The notes under the pieces were generated by a model that saw only the letters and a list, made by a program, of their open reading frames with translations, had not been told where the DNA came from and searched no databases. Source: Halocafeteria seosinensis (lineage: Eukaryota). From it: a stretch of DNA of 64,000 nucleotides. This document shows, piece after piece, positions 1 through 12,626 of the stretch. Position 1 is the first letter of the stretch; each line of letters begins with the position of its first letter. The stretch lies in the NCBI GenBank assembly GCA_001687465.1, contig LVLI01000006.1, positions 1 to 64,000 of the forward strand. The letters are read 5' to 3'. Both the position numbers and the translations under genes were made by a program.

Positions 1-984
1 TTTCTTTCTCAGCTTAAACATAGGCCTGCTTCTCTTTATGTATTTCACCCTAAAGAATATGTGGAATGTCTTCGAGAAGGGTTGTCTTGTCGACTTATGA
101 AGTCCAATGTCAACCTACTTTCTAGGTGGTTGCAGTTAGTTCTACCGAAGAAGAGTGGAGGTGTAGCTGTTTATGTTCCTACTTCGGTAACAGGCGCTGC
201 TTACAATTCCAACTCATCTTTGTAATACTCCAAGACCATCAACATAATATACATACTATCCTATTTCTTGCTTAGCTCCTTGCAGCCAGGGGGGTGGTGA
301 TCGGGCGTAGTTCGCCAATGGTGCCGCATGAGCGCCCGCGAGTTGTTCAATAGTATCGTTCTATCGCCTTGCGAACAAGTCTAGGCGTCAAACTCTGGAG
401 GCGAGTCCGCGTCCGCGTCAATCGGGGTGGCAGCATCCGGCTGCTGGTGCGCGCGGCGATGACTTGGGAACCCTGGTTGAGAGGTTCTGTGTGGGCCGCC
501 ACACCCCATGCCGAAAAGGCCTGCGCTAGCCTGTCCCGGACGAAGTCATGCCTGCGGTTATGAGAATTTCAGAGGAAATTGTGGCCACAACGCATTTTTT
601 TTTTAACGCAGGGCATGACGACCAGTAGCATCTACCGGGTGTCCAGAGGAGCATGCTGTGCATGGACCGGCAAGAGAAGCTGGGGTGTCGAGACTGCATG
701 TCACGAGGCTGGCGTGTGTAGGTGAACGGAAGAACTTTCGGAAATTGGTGACTGCCAAGATTTCGGTTTGTCTGATGCGCGAGAATGTGCACATGATAGA
801 TCATTTCTTGGGGAATTTTGGTTCACTTGTAGAGCAATGTTAGGTTTTCTTTCATTTTTTCCTCAATCTTGGTTAGAAAGACATGCCGTCCAGACGCACA
901 ATCTCCCGCAAAGTTGCCGAGAGGGCGTCGAATGTAATGGAGAGAACAGGTGATATATTACGTTCTCTTGCCCGCTGGTATTAA

Positions 985-2167
985 GCGGTGATATTTGTCC
1001 CAGTAGTGATGGTCGCTCATTCTTTGCCGTTCTCTCTCACTATGTGGACGAGTCTTGGACCTTGCGAAGGCTTTTCATTGGGTTCCAAACACAGGAAATG
1101 AGATCGCCGATGCTTTACGTAATATCAGTGTTAAGAGAGGACTTAATCTTTCTACACAAATTCCTGCAGTAGTCACAGCCAGCGCCTCCAATATGAAAAA
1201 GGGAGTACGACTATGGGGTGCGATGGAGAATTCTCAGGGTCCCATATCATTGGATGATGACCACGATTACCTAGCGGATGGTGACATATTGCAAGGAGAA
1301 TCAGTTACGTGGCTTCCAAGCGTAGTTCATATTGTACAAAATGCTCTTAAAGATGGCATGCATGAGGAAGGCGTGTCCTCGTTAATGAACAAGGTTCAGT
1401 CAGTTTGCGAAAGTTTTCGACAGCAAAAATTGTCTCGATTGCTCAACAAAGAAAGGGATGAAGAAGATTTGAAACAACTGAGGCCTCGTTTAAGTAATGA
1501 TACGCGCTGGCATAGTGTCTACTGCGCTCAGCAGATTCCGGTTAAAAACAGCGCATACATTGTTCCCAACAGAACTCTACTCGTTTAGAGCCCTTTATCA
1601 CCAAGGAGTTTGAAACGCTTGAGGATCGAGCTACTGAGGCCTCCGATGAGGAAGCCCCTCCACTATGTCTCATCCACGCAACACTGAAGAACCATTAGAA
1701 CAACAGAGTGGGTTCTCTTTGCTGGAATTTTGGAAGAAGCACGGCTGTATGGTAGTTTTCCAGTCCTAAGCCCTGTGGTGAGTGTTTGCTGGCTATACCA
1801 GCGTCTACAGCCACTGCCGAAAGCTCCTTCAGTATTGCTGGCATTAATCATGGGAAGCGAAGGACTCGTCTGAGAAGTGAACGGCTTGAAAGTATAATGA
1901 TCGTCAGATATAACCGCATTGGCACGTTGCTGGACGGAATAGAAGAAGAGCAGTACATCACTCCTGCAAATCTGCAAGGCTTGTCAGGGGCCTTTTCCCC
2001 AATTGAAATATACTTAGGCATTTGTATGCGCCCACCACTATACACAAGTCCTCACAGGAGAATTTGAATTGTTAACCCGATGACCGACCCGTGACCGAGG
2101 TTTCAGAGGAATCCCAAAAACCGGACACCGAAACATTCGGTCCCGGTCGGGTTTTTGCCCACGTCTG
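985..2167 (+). mobile_element. Degenerate hAT-superfamily DNA transposon (frameshifted transposase remnant plus right terminus); left end not found in window
   Basis: hAT motifs occur in order across changing frames: GDICPSSDGRSFFAVLSHYVDESWTL (~988-1065), TGNEIA...VVTASASNM, SNDTRWHS (~1493-1516), LLEFWKKH (~1718-1742), LAIPASTATAESSFSIAG...RRTRLRSERLESIMIVRYN (dimerisation domain, 1786-1914). CCG-rich subterminal stretch 2075-2155 ends in TGCCCACGTCTG (2156-2167; reverse complement begins CAG). Confidence 0.85.
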
Positions 2168-2363
2168 GATACATCCTCTGCTTTCGCAAAGCGACAGACG
2201 AGACGCTGTCTTAATTACACGTTGTACGAGAGGATTTCTCGTAATTTGGGAACAAACGTCGTCGTCGGCCTTCCCAGAGAATAGAATACATACAAACTAA
2301 ATCCAATATATTTTTCGTATGCATGATTTGGAAAAGATCTGGAGGAAAGCACAAATCCTGGCA

Positions 2364-5300
2364 TTATTTAGTATCCAAGTTCAACACGTGGCTCAGAAGG
2401 GGAAATTGTAACTGCCGTTCTTGTTCATCTAGATGAGTAGACACAGCTGGACGGGAAGTGTACTGCATGATATTCCAAGTTGATTCTGTTCCCCTTCCCT
2501 TGCGAGCCAGAGACCTCAGTTTCTTGTACACTTCTCTCATCCGTATTTGCACGTCAGGAAACTTATACGCATTTCGTCCCACGTTTGTTTTTCCAGAAGG
2601 GTCGTAGGGGTCCAAGACCCAAATAGGGTCGACCAAAGAGTAAGCGGGTATATCCTCATGCTTTAATGCCACATCAATTAGAGTTCCATGTCTGATACTC
2701 AAACCTGATTTTTTGGGATGAAACAGGAAACCATAAAAATGAAGGAGTCTCAGGAGTAATACCCCCTGAACGTTCAGAGGGACCGTCTGCGTGGCTTTAT
2801 TCGCCCTGATGGGTACAAACTTCCTGTAAGAGGAAATATTGACCTCCGCGTCATCCACTGCAGCCGTTCGATGGCGGGAAATAGGGATAAAACTGGGTGC
2901 ATGCTTTCTATGAGCAAGCTTAAGTCCCTTTGACTCTTTCGTTTGTTTATCATGGAAGACTGCATTAGTTGATTCTGCTGCGATTAAAATTCGAGGTGCT
3001 GGTATGCTTACCCTGGGATAATTTGCTTTTTGAGGCTTTGCTTGTGCGACAGAGTGATCCATAGAATTCTGTTTGAGTAAGCCGCAAGCTACCTCTTTTG
3101 TCGATCGGCAGAGTCCTGGAGGTACCCCCTGCTGCCATAGCCCTGCGACATCATTCCCTGCAATTACGGGAACAGTATAGCCGGACAAACAGTCCGAGTA
3201 TTCGTTATCCGCATACAAAGAATGTGCAGGGTTGTCGATTGCATATAGGGACACTTCCGGGATTTCCAAGTGCACTGATCCGCACTCCGACCAGCTATCC
3301 TTCGAAAATGCGCTTAACGGCTTGTCGAGCAGCGAAAGAGCAGTTTTGAGCTGTATTTTAGCGTCCGAGTCGGGCATTATCCAGGATAAGGGCTGGATCT
3401 GCAGAAAGGCTACAGACATTAGCGTAATACAGTATGAAGTTAATCCTCCCTGAAATCCATCATTCAAACACGCCTCAGCGAGAACCTGCTTGATAAAAAG
3501 TACAAGAGGTGCAAGCATCGGATAGGTCGTACACAGTTGGATGGTCAGAGCTGTCGTTTCTCCACCTCTGTGAGCAGCGTTCGAGAATGTCAAATCGATC
3601 AAGGTCGGAGGAATCTCAACATCCGAACCCTTCCATCTTGCTTGTATTTTCATTACTGGGACTTGTGCCTGTGGAACAAGCTGGATGGTCTGGACGCAGG
3701 GAAGCGACTGCAGGGCGTCTGCTAGTTCGTGAAATTGTCTGCTATCTTTCTCGGATCTTGCTGGTTCCACGTAGCCCTTCGTACGACTGACAACAAGGTC
3801 AATGTCCGAGCTTGGGATGGCTAAACCAGACACAAATGAGCCGAATGCCTTTACCTCCGTGTTAGGCATTAAACGCTTGATAGTTTGAGTAATCAGCGAT
3901 ATTATCTTAATCTCCCACGGCCGGCGTTGAGCCGAGTGGCGTACGCACCACGCATGGAACAACCGAAGTTCTTCCCCAAGACATCTCTCCATCTCCACGG
4001 GGAATCCAGTTAACGACGACAATTGTTGTGACTCATCCGCCATAATACTTTCTGTTTGCGTGGAAGCATCTGCTTTCTTTACCGTTGTTTGCGAGTTTCG
4101 TGTGTTGGTGTTGTCTGCAGCTTGTGAATCCTCTTGCTTCTGAGGCTCAACTCTGGATGGTCACATTCGTTTATCACACATACCTGTCCTAACAACCCCG
4201 CAAATTCCTGGAACGGAGCGCCTTCGGGTCACACAAACATGTTTTCTCCATGGCCGGACATCTGAGGGTGGCAACATCAACTCAGCTCTCCGGAAGCTCA
4301 TAGCAGCAAATCTGTTGAGTGTTCGGCGTATACAGAACATCCAAGAATGTGCCACCCACAATGAGGAGCGTTTAAGAGGCAAACAGCAAAGGACGTAGCA
4401 GAGAGCAGAACCATCTAGAAGGTACAGACTGTCGATTGAACATGACATGGAGTGGGGACCTTCGTATCCGACGGACACAAGCATTTGCCGAATTAGAAGT
4501 AATAGTTCCCCTTCAGCTGCCATTGGCGTTCTCCTAAGACATTGTCGCAAGAGCGTCCGTCTGTACAGATGATCCATTATATCCCACGCCCCGCTAATAG
4601 TTGAACACATTGCCAACTTTGTGTAAGTATCGAGCACGGTCTCATGGCTGAATTGTTTGTACCTCCCACGTAGTGTCGCAGCGGAGATCATTAACTCAAC
4701 CAGTACTGTCGCTACCCAGGCTCCTATGGTCGGGACTTCTTTGCCTTGAGAGTGACCACTGGGCGTGATGTAAGCCATTGGTCTTTGCTCCATTAGGCGG
4801 AACAAGTGTTGCGGGTTTCCCGCTGTTTCTGGAGTAATGGACGTTATGATGTCATCGCGATTCCCCACCTTGATTAGTTCAAGTGCCCCAAGAATGGAAT
4901 CTTCTAGACTGTTGATTCAAAGCGGGGCAACAAATCAGTTAGCAGGAAACAAGAAGCACAGTTTGAGATAAACGGACCTCGAGTAACTAAACTCGCATTC
5001 TCCATTCAAATGCTTTATACGATTGCTGCAGCGTCAGCGCGTGAACAGATTTCTCCTAATCGAGTGAGGACGTATACTTACATGAGATCTCTTTCGTTAC
5101 CAACTTCCGCATTCACTATCATTACTTCCGGAGGTATCAGAAGCTTATGGACGGATTGATTAACCTTGGGAGCTGCACAACACGGATTTTCGTCTGATGT
5201 ACACCATTGCTATGTGGACGGGGAACTTACAGGTACATTGATTGGCTTCAACGAACCTCGAGATGGCCTTCAAAGTGCGCGCGAAGCCTACATTGCGTAC

Positions 5301-5500
5301 GGTACATACCTGCTACAAGGATACTTTAACTGATGCTCACCAGTTTTGTATGGGGAAGAACATTGGCGTCAGCTACTCACTCGGATCCGTTCTGATGCTG
5401 TAAGTGTCGTACAAAACCAGTTGGCTAGAGATAGCTCTGTTCCCTCCCAGCTAACATTTTGGTTCAACACCCCCTCACAGGCCCTCATCTCGCAATACAT
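2364..5500 (-). CDS. TRF4/PAPD5-like non-canonical poly(A)/terminal nucleotidyltransferase with long N-terminal extension (multi-exon)
   Basis: GSFVSGLAIPSSDIDL Pol-beta NTase motif, IDLTF third Asp, GGLTSYC, and C-terminal WVLDPYD...NVGRNAY PAP-associated motif in ORF 2364-4043. A 69-nt GTATGT...GCTGCAG intron joins it in frame to ORF 4161-4868; further small exons lead to an ATG at 5500 (5' structure less certain). Confidence 0.85.
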
Positions 5501-5961
5501 GCGGTAGGGTTGAGATGAAGGAGTATTTTAGGGGCTTTTTCTTCTTAATAAGCCAAGAAAAGGGCTACAATTGTGGTTCGTCGGCTCCCTACTTCAATTA
5601 ACCTGCGTTAGCGCTTCACTGTATAAATACAGCATATCAAACGAAAATAAGTTGCTCTGCATATTATGCCAATGATAGGCAAAACGATCGATTTGTACTT
5701 GTATGGCATTACAACTTGTACCAGGGCTTTGTTGAAGTTTAGAGGAGCGAGCGCACTGATACCACTGTACAACAACTGTACCCACGTCGATGATCACGAC
5801 CTCACAAACTGAGCAGTGCGCACGATCCTCATTGGAATTTCCAAGCTTAAGCCTTCAGGATTGTTTGTGCTGAGCATAAGTGGATATAGGTAGGTATATT
5901 CGTGTGTATCGCACGTTTGTTTGCGTTGATTGGTATGCTACACTAAGCTCGACGCCAAGCT

Positions 5962-6358
5962 ATGGAGGCTGGTGTCCAAAATCCTCGCACTCTGCACGCA
6001 AATTCTACAGGTAATATGGCACGCAAACTGTATGCAACGCTAATGGTTTACGTGTGTACCCTTGACTGACGTCCATGCAGATCGCGGTGACAATGTGGAA
6101 TCGCTGTTTGCCGGGATAGAGCAGCAGCGCCTGGAACAGGAGGGAACGTCAGAAAGATGTACGGGAAGCTCAGAAGCTACTTCTCAGGATGCTGATGATA
6201 CTCATTCGGAGACTTCCCCAGTTCCGCAAAATGAAAGCGCTCTAGGAGGCTTTACATTTTCTAGCGCCCTGAAGCTGCAGAATGACCAGATCGAGGAGAA
6301 GCTAAAAAAGCTAGAATGGCAATTGGCCCACCCTGATTCAGCATCTTCTCCCCTGTAG
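5962..6358 (+). CDS. Small hypothetical protein (spliced; 3' end uncertain)
   Basis: ATG at 5962, then a GTAATA...TGCAG intron (6011-6080) joining in frame to charged ORF 6062-6358; no recognised domain. Confidence 0.35.
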
Positions 6359-6715
6359 GTACATCGGCTTTTCGAAGAAGATATCGTTTGTGACATGCCG
6401 TGTTTCACGTTTCAGGTTCGAGGCTTCTGCGTTGGATAAGCGTCACAACTTCGGGACGCACAACCGGCCTCAAGCACTGTCTCTTACTATTCATCCGGAA
6501 GAGTGGAGTCAAAATTTTGTGTATTTACAGTAAGATGACCAAGTCTCCTGGATATAGTAGCAACGACAATGAAAATCAGCATTCATGTCGTACGTTTCCT
6601 AATGCAGAGTCACGGGACAGCACATAGACGCGTTCCAGCTTGAGAAATTAATGAGCGAAGTGGGAACGGAGGCTGAGGACATTGTCTTTGAACAACATGG
6701 GAGCATTTGAATAAC

Positions 6716-9462
6716 TTATTCAAACAAGTGCACTCTGATAGCAGGATTACGCATGTTGTAGAAACTACGCATTTCATATCCATATGCGCCACCGTTCGTG
6801 AGCATGATCGTGTCTCCTCTTGAAGTGTTGGGCAATCGTCGATCAATCCCGAGAACATCTCCACTTTCGCATATAGGACCCACAACAGTTGCAGTTTGTG
6901 CAGGACCCTCGTGAGGCTTAGATAAGTTTACGATGGAATGATAAGCCCCATATAGTGAGGGACTGCAGGGTGTCGCAAGCATGTGCACATGTTCATATGC
7001 AAAACCGGAACAAATGCGGTACTCACCGAATAAGGGTGTTCATACCAGCTGTCACACCAATGAACAGCCTGTTTCCTTTCATTCGACACTGAGTGGCTCT
7101 ACACAGCAACACGCCAGCATTGGCTACAAAGAATCTTCCTGGTTCCATCCACAGCTGTGGTAGAAAGACGAAGGCGGAACTGCTACGGGCTTTTACAAGT
7201 ACATAGTCAACTAATCATACCTCAATTCCCAGTTCCGCGGCGCGATTGGAGCAAGGTTGTAGCTCTCTTTGTAAGCTGGACAAATCTAGGCTCTCAGACT
7301 TTATGCGCACTTCCGCATTGCTAGTCTTGCTACTCAGGCAGTCCACCAGTTCCTCGTGATTAAGATCGTCAGGGATTCCGATCCCACCACCCAGGTCCAA
7401 CCAGGCCAGAGAAGCCAAGTATCCCTTAGTCTTCAGCGACTTAATCAATTCCATCACCCTCCAGAAGACACGACTCCAAATACATGCGTCGGTTATTCCG
7501 CTACCAGAATGGGAATGGATGCCTGTGTTTCATCGTCAAAGGTACATCCCGGGCTCTGGGTCTGAAACTGATTTGTCTTACCTGTAATTTTAGCTCCCAT
7601 GCCATGTGCAATCTTACAAAATTTTTCGACATCTTCGAACTCGCATCCGAATTTTTGACCGGGACCTGCCGTGACGACTTTGGCATGGTGTCCGGCCCCT
7701 ACCTGCGAGTCAACTCGGAGAGCGATCTCAGCGCCTTCGACCGCACTCTTTTCAATTTGCGCTAATACATCCGGACTATCCAAGACTATCACCAGATTCG
7801 GTGCCCCGTATCTCCACAACTCCTTCTGCAACCTCAACATCTCCTCTAACTCTTCTATTCTACAAAAGTTAGGAACATATAAGATATTTATGGATTTGGA
7901 CACGCTCCTTCGTTCTAGCTCCTCAAACTGTTGCAAGCACAAGTACACCTCAGAGGCAGAAACACATTCCAGATTAATTCCTGACATCATTAAATAGCGT
8001 ATCACAACAGGGCTTGAATTAGCTTTTATGGCATAAAACCATTTGGAAACAGCTTTAACTGAGGAAGTAAGAGTTTCAGCCCTTTCCACCACTGTAGGTA
8101 TATGAAGCGCATAGACAGGGTGCTCGGAATCGTCTGCTAGCTGTGTTAGTTGGTGTATCTTGTCCATCGTGCACCACCAGCTCAAGGAAGAAGGCCGGGA
8201 ATCCCTAGTTGGGGAAGGAGTGAGATATGAATAATGTCGACCAGACGACACCAACTGTGCTCCAGCTTGCCATCCTGACGAAACAATTGCGGAAACTTGT
8301 TTTTCGATTTGCACTCGAGGCAAAGCGGTCTCAAGCCACATATGCAAGACTTGCGAACCGCATCCAAGCTCCCGAGAGGAGGTTCTGGAGCTCTTTCCTG
8401 TATCTTTGATATACGATTCTACCGCATTCTTAGCGTCGCCTAAACTGGAACAGACTATTTCAACTTCGTAGAAATGGTTAGAACTGCAGGTGCATCCTGT
8501 GAAGGCGCTGGCTTCTTTCATTATCTGTCTCCCGACAGCGAAGTCCTCAAACCAAAGAAGGAGCTCGCCGCCACTTACAAATTCCATTCCTCCTTTTATG
8601 GACTTTTCTGATGTTTCTTTAAATGCGTTACAGCAGATGCTCACTACATGCTGCCATGTGTTGGAATCTAAAGGGAGAGTGAGACGAACTCCTAACAGTT
8701 CGCAGGATACCCAACCAGCAAGTATCTCCCCGGTCTTGGGATTGCGTTGGGACCGAAGGGAAGTAACCGTTGTGCCATAGACATTCCCCATGTCGTAGAT
8801 ATTGCGAAATTCCACAACGGAACCAATTCTACCTAATCCCAGCCATTCTGTTTGCTGCAAGACAACCTCCTGAAACGTTGAGAGCTCCGCTGCCTCCTCA
8901 TGGCTTATTCTTGTAAGCAGTGAGGCGTCCGAATTTATTGCGCGATTTAAGGAGTAAAATCTGTACTCTCTCAAAGCGCATGTGGTACCGTTTACATGCC
9001 ATAGGCACTTGTCAATACACCAGCAGCTTACCCTGAAGTGGAGGACCACAGTTCCAGCGTCCGTTCCCGATGCTTGCACAAGGCATACGCCGACTGTCTA
9101 GCGTGCCGAGGCACACCAACGATGAGCAATTTGCCATGTTCCTTTTCGTCTACGCATTTGTCAATCTCTGTGGCGTCATCGAGGAGCACCATGTCGCACC
9201 GGTTCGCACCGTGTCTTTTGTGAACCAAGGAAGCGAGCTCCTCCAGTTGACCTCTCGACGGAAGCGTTCCCGAGGACGAGTTGGCAAGTTCCGAACCTTC
9301 TTGCAGATGGTTGTACTCACACACAACAAGAAGTTCTCTTCTTGTTTCTTCCTCGATCCGTTTAAGCAGACCATCCTTGATTTTTTCAAATGCCGACGGC
9401 CAATCCACGGCTTTACTGTCGATATAAATGACAATTTCGGTGCTTTCACGAGGTTGTTCCAT
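6716..9462 (-). CDS. lysA: Diaminopimelate decarboxylase with N-terminal degenerate aspartokinase/ACT-like region (5 exons)
   Basis: Spliced product contains FYAIKAN (PLP lysine), GHHAKVVTAGPGQKFG, GIHSHSGSG, DLGGGIG, MEPGRFFVANAG, GMNTLIRPSLYGAYH, VVGPICESGD and GGAYG. All four introns are GT-AG and restore the frame, e.g. 8961-9031. Confidence 0.93.
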
Positions 9463-9888
9463 ATCTCTCGTTTCAAAATTTGATCGTGCACGTAAGCGTA
9501 GTACTTTGCCGTTGAAAACTAAACAAGAGACGTCGCTGCATTCAAACAACACTGCGTCGACACATTCGGGAAGTCGACTTTGTGAAGTCACGATGTACTC
9601 CTCCCGAGTCTCCCGGCCAAACGTCCGGAACCGGATCCTACCGTTAATTCATCCCCGTCCCATGTTGGACTAGGGTAATATATTCATACATTAAACGATT
9701 GATGTAGGTGCTGAATGCTTCATTGTTTGACAGAAAACGAAGAGAAGCTGGGCCACTGGTCAAAGTTTGTTGATGTAGTTTTGTGGCCGTTTTTGTTGTG
9801 CAGCAAACCAAAGTACTGAGGCATGTCTCTAATGCTATGTAGAAGGATTTACTTCGGGTATTAACTCCGTCTTCAACAGTCATAGAGA

Positions 9889-10707
9889 ATGGAACGGAGG
9901 CTACCACCACTTGAGAAGTCGAAGGAAGAGGAAGCTTTCGATCAGCAAGGCAATGGCGGTGGGCAGTCAGAGAACGTGGAACATCCAGGTGGAAATAAGA
10001 CAATGTACTCGGCAGAGGAGAGATATAACCAAGCCAAAAACAGGCTTCTAAAACTGCTCAGCACTCAGACTGAAGACGATGCCGAGGTAGATACCAAAGA
10101 ACATGCCATGCCTCTTGAGGAAACCAATGTAAAACTAACGTCAGAAGATAGAACCGTCAGTTCGTCGTCTTCGCTTCTGCAAAAGAATCCCTCTGCGTTG
10201 CACCGACCATTAAGTGAAGACAATCGGTCTCGCAAGCTGCCTCCAATACACGAAGCGGAATCTACCGCTAATTCAAGGGGCAGCAGAAATCACCGTCAAG
10301 ATCGTGCCAAGAGTACTGGGTTCTCCGAACGAGAGTTTTGCATCCAGGCTTTCGATGGATTATCCTTTGGAATAAGCCGCAGAGATAAGAAAAGTGTAAA
10401 AAGTAAACGAATATCATCTAAGTCCTCGAAGATATGTGGAGAGAAAAAACCAGATTTCGACTTGCGCCTCGGCCCAGCGTGGAACAGCGAACTCAGGGAT
10501 ATTAAGGAGCAAGCACAACGGAAAGGTGACATGCTGAGGCGAAGCACTCAACATCCGCGTAAAAAAAGTACGAAGCAAGCAACGAATGTGATATTGCACC
10601 CACTTGTGGCATCTGGTGCCCACGGCAACTCCAAGCGGATGAGCACGAAGGCAAGTCAATCACTGAGGAAGAAAGGAACTAACGTGCTACGGGCAAGTGT
10701 AGATTGA
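9889..10707 (+). CDS. Hypothetical hydrophilic/basic protein
   Basis: 272-aa ATG-initiated ORF filling the space between two genes; low complexity, no recognised domain. Confidence 0.6.
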   Translation: MERRLPPLEKSKEEEAFDQQGNGGGQSENVEHPGGNKTMYSAEERYNQAKNRLLKLLSTQTEDDAEVDTKEHAMPLEETNVKLTSEDRTVSSSSSLLQKNPSALHRPLSEDNRSRKLPPIHEAESTANSRGSRNHRQDRAKSTGFSEREFCIQAFDGLSFGISRRDKKSVKSKRISSKSSKICGEKKPDFDLRLGPAWNSELRDIKEQAQRKGDMLRRSTQHPRKKSTKQATNVILHPLVASGAHGNSKRMSTKASQSLRKKGTNVLRASVD

Positions 10708-10710
10708 ACC

Positions 10711-12626
10711 CTACTTGTTTTGAGCAGAAGCTTGCTTTGCCTTTTCGGAGGCTACGCGCTTGCGCCAGGACTCTGCATCTGTGTACTCTGGCTGTAGCTT
10801 CAGCGTCGTACTAAAGCACTCCTCCGAATTTGTCAAGTCCGCCAGGTAGTAGTAGCAAATGCCGAGGTTGTACCAGGTGACGTGGTGCTCACTGAAGTAT
10901 TTGATACTGTCTCGGAACATCGCCACTGCTTCGTTATAGCGCTTGAGCCCCATGAAAATGCGCCCAATTTCGAAAGGGATGTCTTTCTCTCGTTGCAGGG
11001 GATAAAAGTTATCATAAACGGCGAGCATATCTGCATAAATATCTGCTTTCTGCTTTTCGCTTGAATAAGGGGCTTTATCGAGCAGCACCTGCTTAAATTT
11101 GTAAAATACTTCACATTCCCACTGGGAAAGGCGGATCGTCGAGACGGCTAGCTTCACGGAGCAGCCGGGCGGAACAGGAGTTTCGTCTTTGATGCAACGC
11201 TGCAGATTGGAGAAATTCTCGGGGCCAAAGACTTCAAACACATCGGCCCATGTGAACCTTGTCTCCGGAAGATTTTCTTTTGGAATGCCATATACAAAAC
11301 TACCACACTTAAATCCTTCAGTGTATGGGGTCAATAGCGCCCATCCTCCATTATTCACCGTAAACGTCTTCACGGCGTGAAGGTTGACCATGCACGAGAA
11401 GGAGCCATGCATGGCAATGTGTGGGTTTCGTTCACCCCATAAATCTTCTTCCTTTGACATTGCTTTGTCTCCACACAGCACTACTGTTTTACCGTTACTA
11501 ATTTTGCAAAGTTTCGTGACCATTTCTAGCCCACCTATAGGGATAAGGAACGAGCAATCTTGCTTGGTCTCCACGTAGCGTTCTAGCAAGCTGAAGAAAC
11601 AAACGACGCCTTGGCATTCAAGTATAGCGAACAACATTTTCAAGTGCATTCGAACAAACCTTCTGATTATGTCGTTATCAATATCCTTCGGAGAGCAATC
11701 TTCGTAATGCCACTCGTACCTGCAATAACAGAGATGTGAGGAGTGCACCGACAAACCGGTAACTGTATTTGAATCCTTACCCCATTCTCTGAAGAATACT
11801 TGGGTCGTTGAGATTAGTTTCCTCTTGACTACTCTTTAACGTAATAAGTGCACGTTGCAATTGTAAGTTCTTTATCCGGAATGCATCTTGCCTTAGCGTA
11901 TCAAAAATGTAATTTGCCACCACTACCATCGGGGACTTCATTGTATTTTGATTTATTGTCTTCTTAGAATGAATCAAATACAGGGATTCCGTTTTCTCCA
12001 CATCTGCGCAAGATCGAGTAATATGAACCGTACAACTGATGTTTGTCAAGTTGCATACCAAAAACAGCGAAGTCCAAGACGCCAAGGTCAACAAGGGGTT
12101 TCAAGAGGTCCTGTTCCGACCAAACTTTAATGTTTTGATCAGAGATATCAGTAATGATGTATTTGAATGCCTGTAGGATACAAGTATGTAGGGATAGTTC
12201 TGAATTAACCGATATAACCTCAGGGCTACGTACCGGCTTGCTAACGCCAGAAGGAAAGAATTCAGCCATCGACAAAAGCTGCTTCACGATCAAATATGCC
12301 AACTTGGCGTGTCCTGCTCCAATCTCTACAATATGAATCGGTCTTTTGGAATCGGCCGAAGGAGAACTGCGGTGAAACGTGGAAGTATAAAATCAGAGTC
12401 AATCGTCCACGTGACAATTTACTACTTACTTAAGGAACCAGTCGCGCAAGAAACTCAAAATCAACTTGGCATAGCACTTTGCGATGAAACTATTGGAGGT
12501 AACGAAATGTGGTACAATCCCTCGGGTCCAAGCCTCCACTCCATGTTGCTCGTAAAACGCCCTTTGGAGGTCCCAAAGCATGCTATCTTTGAACGGTTTT
12601 CTTGATTCGAGCGTAAATGAAGCCAT
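10711..12626 (-). CDS. SAM-dependent methyltransferase-like (MidA/NDUFAF7-related) protein with C-terminal TPR repeats (multi-exon)
   Basis: Spliced N-terminus LWDLQRAFYEQHGVEAW...VPHFVTSN, motif I IVEIGAGHAKL, YIITD, VVANYIFDTLRQDAF; C-terminal TPR consensus FEIGRIFMGLKRYNEAVAMF and TWYNLGICYYYLADLTNSEECF...LKLQPEY. Confidence 0.75.

Noticed and set aside
290..860. GC-rich stretch and short ORFs as the BED finger or 5' part of the hAT transposase
   Set aside because: No convincing zinc-finger pattern on the transposase strand and no left terminal repeat found.
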